DNA of 64,000 bases from an uncultured cyanobacterium (GTDB lineage: Bacteria; Cyanobacteriota; Cyanobacteriia; PCC-6307; Cyanobiaceae), in assembly GCA_963697335.1 (NCBI GenBank), contig CAVONQ010000014.1:64001-128000 (forward strand), in the 5' to 3' direction. The notes below the pieces were generated by a model that searched no databases, was not told the origin of the DNA, and saw only the letters and a list, made by a program, of their open reading frames with translations. Of this stretch, positions 36,232 through 46,182 are shown one piece after another (within the stretch, counting starts at the first letter, position 1; the number at the start of each line of letters is the position of its first letter). A program made the position numbers and the translations under genes.

Positions 36232-36338
36232 AATACATGCCTCAACCGATCAGTCGGGGAGCGGTTGATTAACTCAACCGATCAAGGCAATCGACTGATC
36301 AAGCAGATAAGGTTACAAACAGAATTCGGGATTGACGC

Positions 36339-37193
36339 TTGGCTCTCACGCAGCACTCGGAGCCCTTTTCCCACTGGGCGTTCACCGATGCCTCCGGCGC
36401 GGAGCGGCTGCAGGTGGTGCCGGAGCGCGGCGGGCTGGTCACGGGCTGGCGCAGCCTGGGCCACGACTGGCTCTATTTCGACGCCGAGCGCTTCACCGAT
36501 CCCTCCTGTTCGGTGCGAGGCGGCATCCCGGTGCTGTTTCCGATCTGTGGCGGGCTGCCCGGGGATGCGGTCCGGCTGCCCCAGGGGTTGGTGCAGCTGA
36601 GCCAGCACGGCTTTGCCCGCGACCGCCCCTGGCAGCTGGCCGAGCGCGCCGATGGCCAGGGGGTGAGCCTCAGCCTGGAGCACGACGCCACCACCCTGGA
36701 GGTCTTCCCCTTCCGCTTCCGGCTCCAGCTCGACTACCGCCTCGCCCCCGGGTTGCTGGAGATCACGGCCCGGGTGGAGAACCTGGGTAACGAGCCGATG
36801 CCGTTCAGCCTCGGGCTGCATCCCTACTGGGCTGTCTCCAGCCTGGCGGATGTTCGCCTTGAGGGCCTGCCCCAGCAGGGTTTTGACCATCTCACCATGG
36901 CTGAGGCGCCCACTGCCGCGGCCCTGGCCGGGCTGGAGCAGGGAGTGGATCTGCTGGTACGGCCCAACGGGCCGGTGAGTCTGGTGGACGGGGTTACTGG
37001 CTACAGGGTGAGCCTGGAGCCCCAGGCACCCTGGGATCTGGCCGTGATCTGGAGCGATCCGCCCCGGCCGATGCTCTGCCTGGAGCCCTGGACAGGCCCA
37101 CGCCTGTCCCTGATCAGCGGCGATCGGCTGTTGCACGTGCCCCCCGCCGATGGCCTGAGCCTGGAGTGCCGCTACGTGGTGGCGTTGTCCTGA
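36339..37193 (+). CDS. Galactose mutarotase / aldose 1-epimerase-like protein
   Basis: RGGIPVLFPICG, QHGFARD, GLHPYW, CLEPW. Confidence 0.9.
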   Translation: MALTQHSEPFSHWAFTDASGAERLQVVPERGGLVTGWRSLGHDWLYFDAERFTDPSCSVRGGIPVLFPICGGLPGDAVRLPQGLVQLSQHGFARDRPWQLAERADGQGVSLSLEHDATTLEVFPFRFRLQLDYRLAPGLLEITARVENLGNEPMPFSLGLHPYWAVSSLADVRLEGLPQQGFDHLTMAEAPTAAALAGLEQGVDLLVRPNGPVSLVDGVTGYRVSLEPQAPWDLAVIWSDPPRPMLCLEPWTGPRLSLISGDRLLHVPPADGLSLECRYVVALS

Positions 37194-38965
37194 GGGCTCC
37201 ACGGCGGCGGCAGGGTGCTGGGGTTGCCGTTGCGCATGGCGTGGTAACCAGGCGAGAGAATTTCGATCTTGGCGTCGGCGAACTGGTCCTGAATGGCGCC
37301 CAGCAGGGCGGAGAGGGTTTCGCGGTATTTCTTGGAATCGCGGATGCTGGCCGTGAGTTCGTAGCTGATGTTGAAGTCGTTGAGGCTGGTCTGCAGCACG
37401 AAGGGTTCGTCTTCACGGCTGATGCCCTCCACGCTTTTGGCGGCAGAGATCATCAGCTCGTGCACCTGGCGCCAGGGCACGTCATAGCCGATGGTCACCG
37501 TGGTGCAGATCGCCACCGGCTTGCGGATCTCACGCCTGGAGAAGCTGTAGTTCACCACCGATGAGGTGATCACGGCAGCATTGGGGATGCTCACCAGTTC
37601 ATTGCGGGGGGTGCGGATGCGGGTCACCAGCAGGGCCCGCTCCTGCACCAGCCCGATCACGCCGTTGATCTCCACCCGATCACCCTCCAGGAAGGCCCGG
37701 GTGTAGATCAGCATCAGGCCGCTGATCACGTTCGTGGCCACGGCGCTGGAGCCGAGGGCAGCCAGCACACCGAACAGCAGGCCTGCCCCCTGAAAGGCCC
37801 GGCTGTCGGAGCCCGGGATGTAAGGGAAGGCGAACAACAGGCCCGCCAGCACGATGAAGGTGTTGGCGATCCGGCAAGTGGGAATCGCCCACTCGCGGTA
37901 GAACCAGGAGATCTTCAGCCGGCCGCGCCGCAGGGCCCCGAACAGGAAGTTGCTGAGGCGAACCATCAGCGCAGTGCATAACCCGATGAACCCGATCCAG
38001 AGGAGGTTGGGCACCAGGCTGAGCACAGCGTCCACCACCTGCATGAACCAGGTCAGCAGCTGGCCCCGCAGGCCCGCGGCCATGGCCTGGGTGGGTGGGA
38101 AGAAGCCGAGCAGCAGGGGAATCAGCAGCCAGCTGATCAGCAGCAGCAGCCCCCAATGCACCGTGTTGAGCAGCAGCCGCGAGAGCCCGATCGTCTGGGC
38201 GGGGCTCACCAGGGTCTGGTCCCCCAGCTTCAACCTGGGCGCCAGCTCCACGCTGCGCCGACTCAGCCACAGCAGCAGGCGCCTGTGCAACCGCTGCTGC
38301 CAGCGCACCCACACCACATACACCGCCAGCACCAGCACCGCCAGCAAGGTGCCGACAATCCAGGACTGCCGGCTGTTGCGCGCGCGGTAGTCACGCACGG
38401 CGGCGCGGAGCTGGTCGCGGTAGCGCTCGGCCAAGGCCTGCCGGCTGACACCCGCCTCCTTGGCGGCTCGGTCATCCACGGCCAGGCCAGGCAGGAACTT
38501 GCGGTCGAGGGTGAGCAGTCCCACCGTGGCGTAGGGATCCTGATCCTGGACAACGATCTGATCGGCCCGGAAACTCGGATTGCGCACCAGGCGCTCGAGG
38601 TGCCCGGTGATGCGTCGGGCCACGTCCTTGGGGTTCTGAGCGCCGGCGGCACTCTTGATCTCGATCACCTTGCGGCCATCCAGCATCACCCAGGCGCCTG
38701 GATCCTCGGCAGGAGCCTTGGCGGGGGCCTTGCCGTCAGGCTTGGTGGTGTTCTGCTGCGCCTTGGCGGTGGATGGTTGACTGGCCAGGGTCTGCTGGGC
38801 GGCCAGCGTTGGCGACGGCACCAGAGGATGTTGCCACTCAGTCGGCTGAGCCAGAGACACCAGGTTGATCGGCCCGGCCGCCAGGGCCACGGCCACGATC
38901 AAGGGGCTCAGCCAGCGCCAGGTTGGCCCCGGCTGTTTCAAGCTGAACCAGCGGCGCATGGCCAA
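37172..38965 (-). CDS. Mechanosensitive ion channel (MscS family)
   Basis: NVISGLMLIYTRAFLEGDRVEI...IPNA...IGYDVPW...IEILSP. Confidence 0.9.
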   Translation of the reverse strand: MAMRRWFSLKQPGPTWRWLSPLIVAVALAAGPINLVSLAQPTEWQHPLVPSPTLAAQQTLASQPSTAKAQQNTTKPDGKAPAKAPAEDPGAWVMLDGRKVIEIKSAAGAQNPKDVARRITGHLERLVRNPSFRADQIVVQDQDPYATVGLLTLDRKFLPGLAVDDRAAKEAGVSRQALAERYRDQLRAAVRDYRARNSRQSWIVGTLLAVLVLAVYVVWVRWQQRLHRRLLLWLSRRSVELAPRLKLGDQTLVSPAQTIGLSRLLLNTVHWGLLLLISWLLIPLLLGFFPPTQAMAAGLRGQLLTWFMQVVDAVLSLVPNLLWIGFIGLCTALMVRLSNFLFGALRRGRLKISWFYREWAIPTCRIANTFIVLAGLLFAFPYIPGSDSRAFQGAGLLFGVLAALGSSAVATNVISGLMLIYTRAFLEGDRVEINGVIGLVQERALLVTRIRTPRNELVSIPNAAVITSSVVNYSFSRREIRKPVAICTTVTIGYDVPWRQVHELMISAAKSVEGISREDEPFVLQTSLNDFNISYELTASIRDSKKYRETLSALLGAIQDQFADAKIEILSPGYHAMRNGNPSTLPPPWSPQDNATT

Positions 38966-39025
38966 GGTGCTCGGTGGCTCAGGGCCCAGGTCGATGCCCC
39001 ATTATCTGGGCGGATCGACGCCGCT

Positions 39026-41299
39026 TCAAGGCGCCCCGAGCCGCCAGCGGTGGAACCGCTCCAACCAGCCCAGCAGCCGCTGGGGCGCCCGGGCCTTCTT
39101 CCAGGCCCCGGCGGCGTACTTGTTCACCTCAGTGAAGGTGGGGTAGGCGTGAACCGTGCCGAAGATCCGGCTCAGCCCCAGCCCCCAGCGCATCGCCAGC
39201 ACAAACTCCGCCAGCAGCTCGCCGGCATGCTCCGCCACGATCGTGGCCCCCAGGATCGTGTCCTTGCCGGGGGCTGTGAGCACCTTCACGAAGCCCCGCT
39301 CGGCGCTCTCCACGATGGCCCGGTCGAGTTCGTGCAGGGGCACCCGGGTCACCTCCACAGGGATCTGCAGGGCCGAGGCCTCCTCTTCCGTGAGTCCCAC
39401 CGTGGCCACTTCCGGATCGGTGAAGGTGGTGCGGGGGATCACCCGGTAGTCGGTCTTGAAGCGCCTCACGCTGCCGAACAGGGCATTCACCGCGGCATAC
39501 CAGGCCTGATGGGAGGCGGTGTGGGTGAACTGGAAGGGGCCTGCCACATCGCCGGCGGCATAGATGTTGGGGTAGAGGGTCTGGAGGTAGTCGTTGGTGG
39601 TGATCGTGTCACCGGTGGGGATGGCCAGCTCTTCGAGGCCGTAGCCCTCCAGCCGGGCCTTGCGGCCCAGGGCGCAGAGCACGGCATCACAGGCGATCAT
39701 GCTGCTGGCGCCCTCGTGCTCCACCAGCACCTGGGCAGCGGCGTCGGCGTTCTCCGTCGTCGCTGACCCGGTGGGCGCGGTCTCGCCGAGCGAAGCAGCG
39801 GCAAAGCCCAGAACCCTGGTCTGCAGCAGCAGCTGCACGCCGTCTGCTTCCAGGGCGCTGCGCACCGCCTCGGCGACATCGGCATCTTCCTTACGCAGCA
39901 GCCGTTCGCCGCGGTGGATCAGGGTCACGGGCAGGCCCAGCTGGGCCAGGGCCTGGGAGAGCTCGCAGCCGATCGGTCCGCCGCCCAGCACCACCAGACG
40001 CGGCCGCTCCAGGGGACACTCGCGCAGCCAGGTCCAGAGGGTTTCGCTGCTGAGCAGCGGCACCTGGGAGGCCCCCGGCAGGTCGGGCAGCACCGGCGCG
40101 GCGCCGGTGGCCAACACGATCGAGCGGCCGCTGAGCCGCTGCTCCTGGCCGTCCCGGCTGCGGATCGCCACGGTCCAGGGATCCACCAGGCGGGCATGGC
40201 CCTTCAACACTTCCACCCCCAGGGCCTCGTAGCGCTCCACGCTGTCGTGGGGAGCCACGGCGGCCACCTTGGCCGCTACCCGCTCCAGCACCTCCCGCAC
40301 CGAGAGGCTGGGTTCCGCCGGCCTGAGGCCATAGCGATCAGCCCGGCGCATGCGGGCCGCCAGCCGGGCTGAGGCGATCAGGGCCTTGCTGGGCACGCAG
40401 CCGGTGTTGAGACAGTCGCCACCCATCGCCTCCGCCTCAATCAGGGTGACGCGGGCTTTCACCGTGGCGGCGATGTAGGCCGTCACCAGCCCGGCGGCGC
40501 CGGCCCCGATCACGATCAGGTTGCGATCGAAGCGGCGCGGCCGGTTCCAGGGGCGGTAGAGCCGCCAGATGGCCAGGCGGGCCGTGGCGGCGCGGGCCAG
40601 CCAGGGGAACAGGGCCAGCAGGGCGAAGGAGAGCAGCAGGGACGGCGAGAGGATGCCGCCGAGGCCGCGCAGCTGGGCCAGCTGGGTGCCGGCGTTCACG
40701 TACACCAGGGTGCCCGGCAGCATGCCCAGCTGGCTGGTGAGGTAGTAGGCCCCGGCCCGCATGGGGGTGAGCGCCATCAGCAGGTTCACCAGGAAAAAGG
40801 GGAACACCGGCGCCAGCCGCAGGGTGAGCAGGTAGAGCACCCCGTCGCGCCGCACCCCCGCTTCGATCGGCGCGAGTTGGCGCCCGAAGCGCCGCTGCAC
40901 CAGATCGCGCAGCAGGGTGCGGGCCAGCAGGAAGGCCAGCAGGGCGCCGGCACTGGAGGCGAACGACACCAGCAGCGTGCCGAGGCCCAGGCCGAACAGG
41001 GCGCCACCGGCCAGGGTGAGCACCGCCGCCCCCGGCAGGGAGAGGGCCGTGACCACCACATACACGGCCATGTAGGTGAGGGCGCTCTGCAGGGGCGCCT
41101 CCTGACGCCAGGCCTGCAGGGAACCCTGGGCCTGCTGCAGGGCCTCCAGCGTCAGAAAGCGCTGCAGGCCAAACCCGAAGAACAGGGCCACCACCAGGGC
41201 GATGGCGGCCAGCAGGGAGAGCTTGCGCCAGCGGCCGCCGGACTGCTCCGGCTCAGGGGTGTCGTCGCCGGCGGTGGAACCTTCAGAAGAGGGGGTCAT
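39026..41299 (-). CDS. TVP38/TMEM64 (DedA-like) domain fused to a pyridine nucleotide-disulfide oxidoreductase
   Basis: LSLPGA...LRLAPVFPF (TVP38); IGAGAAG, GGDCLNTGCVPSK, GGGPIG, HAYPT. Confidence 0.9.
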   Translation of the reverse strand: MTPSSEGSTAGDDTPEPEQSGGRWRKLSLLAAIALVVALFFGFGLQRFLTLEALQQAQGSLQAWRQEAPLQSALTYMAVYVVVTALSLPGAAVLTLAGGALFGLGLGTLLVSFASSAGALLAFLLARTLLRDLVQRRFGRQLAPIEAGVRRDGVLYLLTLRLAPVFPFFLVNLLMALTPMRAGAYYLTSQLGMLPGTLVYVNAGTQLAQLRGLGGILSPSLLLSFALLALFPWLARAATARLAIWRLYRPWNRPRRFDRNLIVIGAGAAGLVTAYIAATVKARVTLIEAEAMGGDCLNTGCVPSKALIASARLAARMRRADRYGLRPAEPSLSVREVLERVAAKVAAVAPHDSVERYEALGVEVLKGHARLVDPWTVAIRSRDGQEQRLSGRSIVLATGAAPVLPDLPGASQVPLLSSETLWTWLRECPLERPRLVVLGGGPIGCELSQALAQLGLPVTLIHRGERLLRKEDADVAEAVRSALEADGVQLLLQTRVLGFAAASLGETAPTGSATTENADAAAQVLVEHEGASSMIACDAVLCALGRKARLEGYGLEELAIPTGDTITTNDYLQTLYPNIYAAGDVAGPFQFTHTASHQAWYAAVNALFGSVRRFKTDYRVIPRTTFTDPEVATVGLTEEEASALQIPVEVTRVPLHELDRAIVESAERGFVKVLTAPGKDTILGATIVAEHAGELLAEFVLAMRWGLGLSRIFGTVHAYPTFTEVNKYAAGAWKKARAPQRLLGWLERFHRWRLGAP

Positions 41300-41375
41300 G
41301 GGAGCGGACGGTCTTCCTCCCTACCTTCGGGGCACAGGAGCGGATTCGGGGGCTGTTGGCTCCCCTGAGCTCTGC

Positions 41376-41669
41376 TCAGAGGCGCACCCGGGTCACCTCC
41401 GCCTGAATGGGTCGGCGCTGGGTGCTGATGTCGATCGGGCTGCGGGTGAAGATCTCCACCCGGATGCCCAGCCGCGCCACCACCACCACGGCCCGGGCCA
41501 GCAGGGCGGCGATCCCCAGCGCTGCCCCCGGCCAGAGCAGGGCCCGCAGGGGCAGGCAGGAGCTCACCGGCGCGAAACCGGCCCCCGCCAGCAGATGGTT
41601 GAGCAGCAGGCCCAGGACGACACCGCCAACCAGTAAGGCGAGCGATCGGGGTTGGAGGAGAGCAGGCAT
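41376..41669 (-). CDS. Hypothetical membrane protein
   Basis: 97-aa hydrophobic ORF, co-oriented with its neighbours. Confidence 0.5.
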   Translation of the reverse strand: MPALLQPRSLALLVGGVVLGLLLNHLLAGAGFAPVSSCLPLRALLWPGAALGIAALLARAVVVVARLGIRVEIFTRSPIDISTQRRPIQAEVTRVRL

Positions 41670-41772
41670 CAGACCAAGAGCCCCAGGCGGCTGCGAAGAA
41701 CAGACCCCCTCAACCTATGGGTGCGGCAGTGCCTCGAGACTGGGGGCCAGCAAGAGGAGCTGCGGGCAATCC

Positions 41773-42804
41773 CTAGGTGAGCAGGGAGCCCTCCACAAAG
41801 GGCTCTCCCACCACCAGAGAGCGAAGGTTCGCGCCGGTGATGCGAGCGATGTCGTTGAGGGCTTCATGGGTGAGAAACGCCTGGTGGGCCGTGATCAGCA
41901 CATTGGGGAAGGTGAGCATCCGCGCCAGCAGATCATCCTGCAGGACTGTTCCGGAAAGGTCTTCAAAAAACACCCCTTCTTCCTCCTCATAGACATCCAG
42001 AGCCACCCCACCCAGACGTCCAGTTTTCAAGGCCTCGATCAGGGCCACGGTGTCGATCAGACCACCCCGACTCACATTCACAAGGATCACGCCGGGCTTC
42101 ATGCAGGCGATGGTTTCTTGGCGGATGATGTGATGGGTTTCAGGCGTGAGGGGAACATGCAGCGAGATCACATCGCTGAGACTGGACAGGGTGATCGGAT
42201 CCACATAGGTGACACCTTCCCGGGAGGCCCAGGCCGCATCGGGATAGGGGTCGTAAGCCACGACAACCATGCCGAAGCCGCGCAGGATTCTGGCCAGGAT
42301 GCGGCCGATCTTGCCCGTTCCCACAATGCCGGCCGTCCTGCCATTGAGATCAAAACCCACCAGGCCCTGCAGGGAGAAATTGTGTTCCCGCACCCGGTTG
42401 AACGAACGGTGCACCTGGCGGTTGAGGGTCAGCAGCAAGGCCACGGCATGTTCCGCCACGGCGTTAGGGGAGTACAGGGGCACGCGAGTCACGGCCATGC
42501 CGAGATCGCGGGCCGCCTCGAGATCCACGTTGTTGAAGCCGGTACAGCGCAGGGCCACCAGCTCGATGCCCCGGCTCGCCAAGGATTCAAGACAGTCCCT
42601 GTCAATCACGTCGTTGACGAACACACAGACCGCTCGCGTCCCATCGGCGGTGCCCGCCGTATCCACACTCAGGCGACAATTCAGAAAGCGCAGGTCCACA
42701 TCGGGGCCCACAGCAGCCGGTAGATGCAGCAGGTCGTAGGGCTTTGTGTCATAGACGGCCACAGAGTAAGGCGTCCTCTGCATGAAGGTTGCGGGCAGGG
42801 GCAT
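41773..42804 (-). CDS. ldhA: D-lactate dehydrogenase (D-2-hydroxyacid dehydrogenase)
   Basis: CVFVND, ALRCTGFNNVD, YSPNAVAEH, GTGKIG, VNVSRG, LDVYEEE, TAHQAFLT. Confidence 0.9.
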   Translation of the reverse strand: MPLPATFMQRTPYSVAVYDTKPYDLLHLPAAVGPDVDLRFLNCRLSVDTAGTADGTRAVCVFVNDVIDRDCLESLASRGIELVALRCTGFNNVDLEAARDLGMAVTRVPLYSPNAVAEHAVALLLTLNRQVHRSFNRVREHNFSLQGLVGFDLNGRTAGIVGTGKIGRILARILRGFGMVVVAYDPYPDAAWASREGVTYVDPITLSSLSDVISLHVPLTPETHHIIRQETIACMKPGVILVNVSRGGLIDTVALIEALKTGRLGGVALDVYEEEEGVFFEDLSGTVLQDDLLARMLTFPNVLITAHQAFLTHEALNDIARITGANLRSLVVGEPFVEGSLLT

Positions 42805-43145
42805 GGTTCTGACGGCAGCACCCTAGCCAGGCCCCGTCCGTTCACCGGCTCTGGCCACGTCCCGTCAGGGAAGCCGGAAGTGTTCCGTCCAGAAGGGCGT
42901 CACAGGAGCTCCGTGACCACGTGATGGCCGTGAGTGCCCGATTCCCTGGAACGGCAGATTGCGTTGGTGGCAGGATTGCATTGAGGGCATGATTGCGCCG
43001 GGGACAGGATCCCCCGGATCACGGAAAGGCCCCTGCCTAACATCGACCAGAGCACAGATTTCTCATCTACAGACTCCTCCTCAACAGAGGATCCACCTGG
43101 CCATGGAGGACTGCTCGGATCGCCCGCTTGCCAGAGTCGCGCGCC

Positions 43146-43367
43146 TCACCCTGGCGCCTCAGGGGCCCCATAGCCCACCCGTTCCCGGGCAAAGGCGATC
43201 AGCTCCGCCAGCTCCACCGCAGGGTGGTCAGCCAGGGCCTCCTCCCCATCCTGGGGGCAGATGCTGGAGCCGTCGTGCACGGCAATCTGCTTGCGCCGGC
43301 CCCAGAACCAGAGGTTGCCGCCGCCATTCAACCGCATCTCATCGCCGCTGATGCAGCCCGCCAGCAC
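43146..43367 (-). pseudogene. Eroded fragment of an AMP-binding (acyl-CoA synthetase-like) gene
   Basis: SGDEMRLNGGGNLWFWGRRKQIAVHDGSSICPQDGEEALADHPAV resembles the adenylate-forming TGD...GRxK...GxNIxPxEVE motif. The rest is missing. Confidence 0.6.
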
Positions 43368-43554
43368 CTGCTCTCCCGGCTGCAGCGCCCGGGCCTGCGC
43401 CAGCGACGCCAGCAGGGGGCCTCAACTGGCAGCTCGGGGCCGTGGCAGGACATGGACTAGGCCCGGCAGGGGAATTGCATGGCTGGCACTCGGTCGGCCC
43501 TCAGGGAGTTTCTAGGCTGGCCTTCAACTGAGCCTCTCCAGAGAGTTCCTGCCG

Positions 43555-43728
43555 ATGCCTCTGCTGCCGCGCTGGCGCTACATGACCGATGAGGCCAAGG
43601 CCCTCACCAGGAGAACGGCGGTGTCGGCCCTGGTGGTGCTGGCGGTGCTGCTGGTGTTCAGGGCCCTGCTGCCCTGGGTGCTCGTGGCCGTGGCCGCCTG
43701 GTGGCTCTGGAAGGCGCTCAGCCGATAG
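43555..43728 (+). CDS. Small membrane protein
   Basis: Below the ORF-track cutoff: MPLLPRWRYMTDEAKALTRRTAVSALVVLAVLLVFRALLPWVLVAVAAWWLWKALSR. Confidence 0.65.
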   Translation: MPLLPRWRYMTDEAKALTRRTAVSALVVLAVLLVFRALLPWVLVAVAAWWLWKALSR

Positions 43729-44147
43729 GGCCGCGCTCAACGGGCGGCAGTCGCCTGGCAGCTGGAATCAATGTGGCAGGTTCATGGCCTGATCTGATGC
43801 AATCGAGGGAGTTGTCCCTCTTCTCCAAGTGGCCTCACTTGAGCGCCGAGAAACTGAACGCTGGCCGGAAGGACTTTGTCAATCGAGTTGAGACGCTCGG
43901 GTTCACTTCTGAGCGGTGTTGTACAGATCTTGGCAATACGGCCGCAGAAGTAGTGAAGGGAAAACGCAGCAATCGCTCCTACGCGGTGGTCGCCATTGGC
44001 ACTGGGCCTTGCCAAACCTTGCCCTGCGACTTGGTCTTGTTGATTCCCACGCCTCTGCACTCCTGAGCCGTCACCTCCCTTCAGACTGCTCCCCAAGACC
44101 CGCTCAACCCTCCCGTTGGCCTGGTGATTCAGCGCGACACCACAGCC

Positions 44148-45665
44148 ATGACCAGCCCATCCCTGCCGCCGATCGCGGGCCGAGAAGCCGAGATCCTCGC
44201 CCTGGTGCAGCAGCGCCGCCCCGCTGTTCGATCCCCCCAGGGGCGAAGCCTGGAGCAGGTCCGCTCCGGTTTTGCCTGTGCCCTGCACATGCATCAGCCC
44301 ACGATTCCGGCCGGGGCCGATGGCGCTCTCGTCTCCCATCTCCAGTACATGCTGGAGCATCCCGGAGAGGGAGACAACCACAACGCAGAACCGTTTGCCC
44401 AGTGCTACAGGCGCCTGGCTGAGATCATCCCCCAGCTGATTCAAGAAGGCTGCGATCCCCGGATCATGCTGGATTACTCCGGCAACCTGCTCTGGGGCTT
44501 TGAGCAGATGGGCCGCCACGACATCCTCGAGGCACTGGAACGCCTCAGCTGTGATCCCAGCTTGCAGCCCCACGTGGAATGGCTCGGCACCTTCTGGAGC
44601 CATGCCGTTGCCCCGTCCACGCCCATTCCCGACCTCAAGCTGCAGATTCTGGCCTGGCAGCAGCATTTTGAGGCCCTGTTTGGCCCTGAGGCCCTGCAGC
44701 GGGTGAAGGGGTTCTCGCTGCCGGAGATGCACCTGCCCAACCATCCCGACAGCCTCTATGAACTGGTGAAGGCCCTGCGGGAGTGCGGCTACACGTGGCT
44801 GCTGGTTCAGGAGCACAGCGTGGAAAACATGGACGGCTCCAGCCTCAGCCATGGCCAGAAGTACGGCCCCAATCAGCTGGTGGCATGCAACTCCTCTGGC
44901 GCTGCGATGTCCGTCACGGTTCTGATCAAGACCCAGGGCTCCGATACCAAGCTGGTGGGGCAGATGCAGCCCTGTGATGAAGCCCTTGGGCTGGAGCCCC
45001 TCCGCCTGGCGGGAACCACGATTCCCGCCCTGGTGTCCCAGATAGCCGATGGGGAAAATGGTGGCGTGATGATGAATGAGTTCCCCTCCGCCTTCATCCA
45101 GGCCCATCACAGGATTGCCGCCCAGGGCAAGGAATCGGACCCAGGCCCGGCCACCGTGGCGATCAACGGCAGTGAATACCTGGAGCTTCTGGCAGCGGCC
45201 GGGGTCAGCTCAGCGGACTACCCCAGAATCCAGGCGGTCCAGCACCACAAGCTGTGGCGGGCCGTGGAGAAGCGCACCGCGGGGGGACCCCCAACCCCCG
45301 AGGCCACGCAAGCCGCCATCGCTGAACTCCAGGCCAGCGATCCCCAGTTCTCGATGGCGGGGGCCTCCTGGACCAACGACCTCAGCTGGGTGGAGGGCTA
45401 CGCCAACGTGCTGGAGCCGATGCAGCGCCTCAGCGCCCGCTTCCACCAGGTGTTTGATCCCCTGGTGGAGAACGATCCCTCAATCACCACCACAGCGCCC
45501 TACCAGAACGCCCTGCTGCATCTGCTGCTGCTGGAAACCAGCTGCTTCCGCTACTGGGGCCAGGGAACCTGGACGGACTACGCCCGCGAGATCCACCGGC
45601 GCGGCGAAGCGGCGATCGATGCCGCCGCCGCCCCTGGCGTCGTCCAACAACAGGCAGCGGATTAG
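44148..45665 (+). CDS. Glycoside hydrolase family 57-like protein
   Basis: FACALHMHQP, GFSLPEMHLP, IADGENGG, ETSCFRYWG. Confidence 0.85.
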   Translation: MTSPSLPPIAGREAEILALVQQRRPAVRSPQGRSLEQVRSGFACALHMHQPTIPAGADGALVSHLQYMLEHPGEGDNHNAEPFAQCYRRLAEIIPQLIQEGCDPRIMLDYSGNLLWGFEQMGRHDILEALERLSCDPSLQPHVEWLGTFWSHAVAPSTPIPDLKLQILAWQQHFEALFGPEALQRVKGFSLPEMHLPNHPDSLYELVKALRECGYTWLLVQEHSVENMDGSSLSHGQKYGPNQLVACNSSGAAMSVTVLIKTQGSDTKLVGQMQPCDEALGLEPLRLAGTTIPALVSQIADGENGGVMMNEFPSAFIQAHHRIAAQGKESDPGPATVAINGSEYLELLAAAGVSSADYPRIQAVQHHKLWRAVEKRTAGGPPTPEATQAAIAELQASDPQFSMAGASWTNDLSWVEGYANVLEPMQRLSARFHQVFDPLVENDPSITTTAPYQNALLHLLLLETSCFRYWGQGTWTDYAREIHRRGEAAIDAAAAPGVVQQQAAD

Positions 45666-45847
45666 GAGGAAGGGGCTAGGGGCGGCCGGGGGCTGCCGCC
45701 GCCGCCCGGTGCCGGCGCAGCCCCTTTGCTGCTCTCCTGCTTGTCCTTGCAGGTGGAGCACAGCAGCCGCCCTTTCTGCTCCCGATAGAGCCGCACCGAC
45801 CGCTCGATCTGAACGCCGCAGCCCGCACAGGAGAACAGGGGACTCAT
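45662..45847 (-). CDS. Small putative zinc-finger protein
   Basis: CAGC...LCSTC. Confidence 0.55.
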   Translation of the reverse strand: MSPLFSCAGCGVQIERSVRLYREQKGRLLCSTCKDKQESSKGAAPAPGGGGSPRPPLAPSS

Positions 45848-46182
45848 CGGCGGCTCCAGGGTGGTCCTGGCTACCGGAGCCGGGGTCCACCTGCAGTGTC
45901 GTGCATCACCGAAGGGGTGGAGAGCGGGCGAGGCTGCCCTGAAACAAGTCTCCCAACCACCATCTGAACAACTTCACTGGGAGCAACGTTGCACGATGGA
46001 GATCTCCCGGAGGCCTTTAAAGGCCAAGGTAAAGAGTTGTTCCCGATGTTCCCTGTCTTGCCCCCGCAGTTCTCCTGTGGGCATCAGTCTATCGCCGTGG
46101 CCAAGGCGCCTTACGTCGGTTGACGGAATCCTGCTGCCAGGCCTAGATGCAGGACGTCGTGCAACCTTGGCGGGATAACTTC

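Noticed and set aside
39026..41299. Mercuric reductase MerA
   Set aside because: There is no C-terminal Cys pair, NmerA domain or mer operon. It is the TVP38-oxidoreductase fusion.
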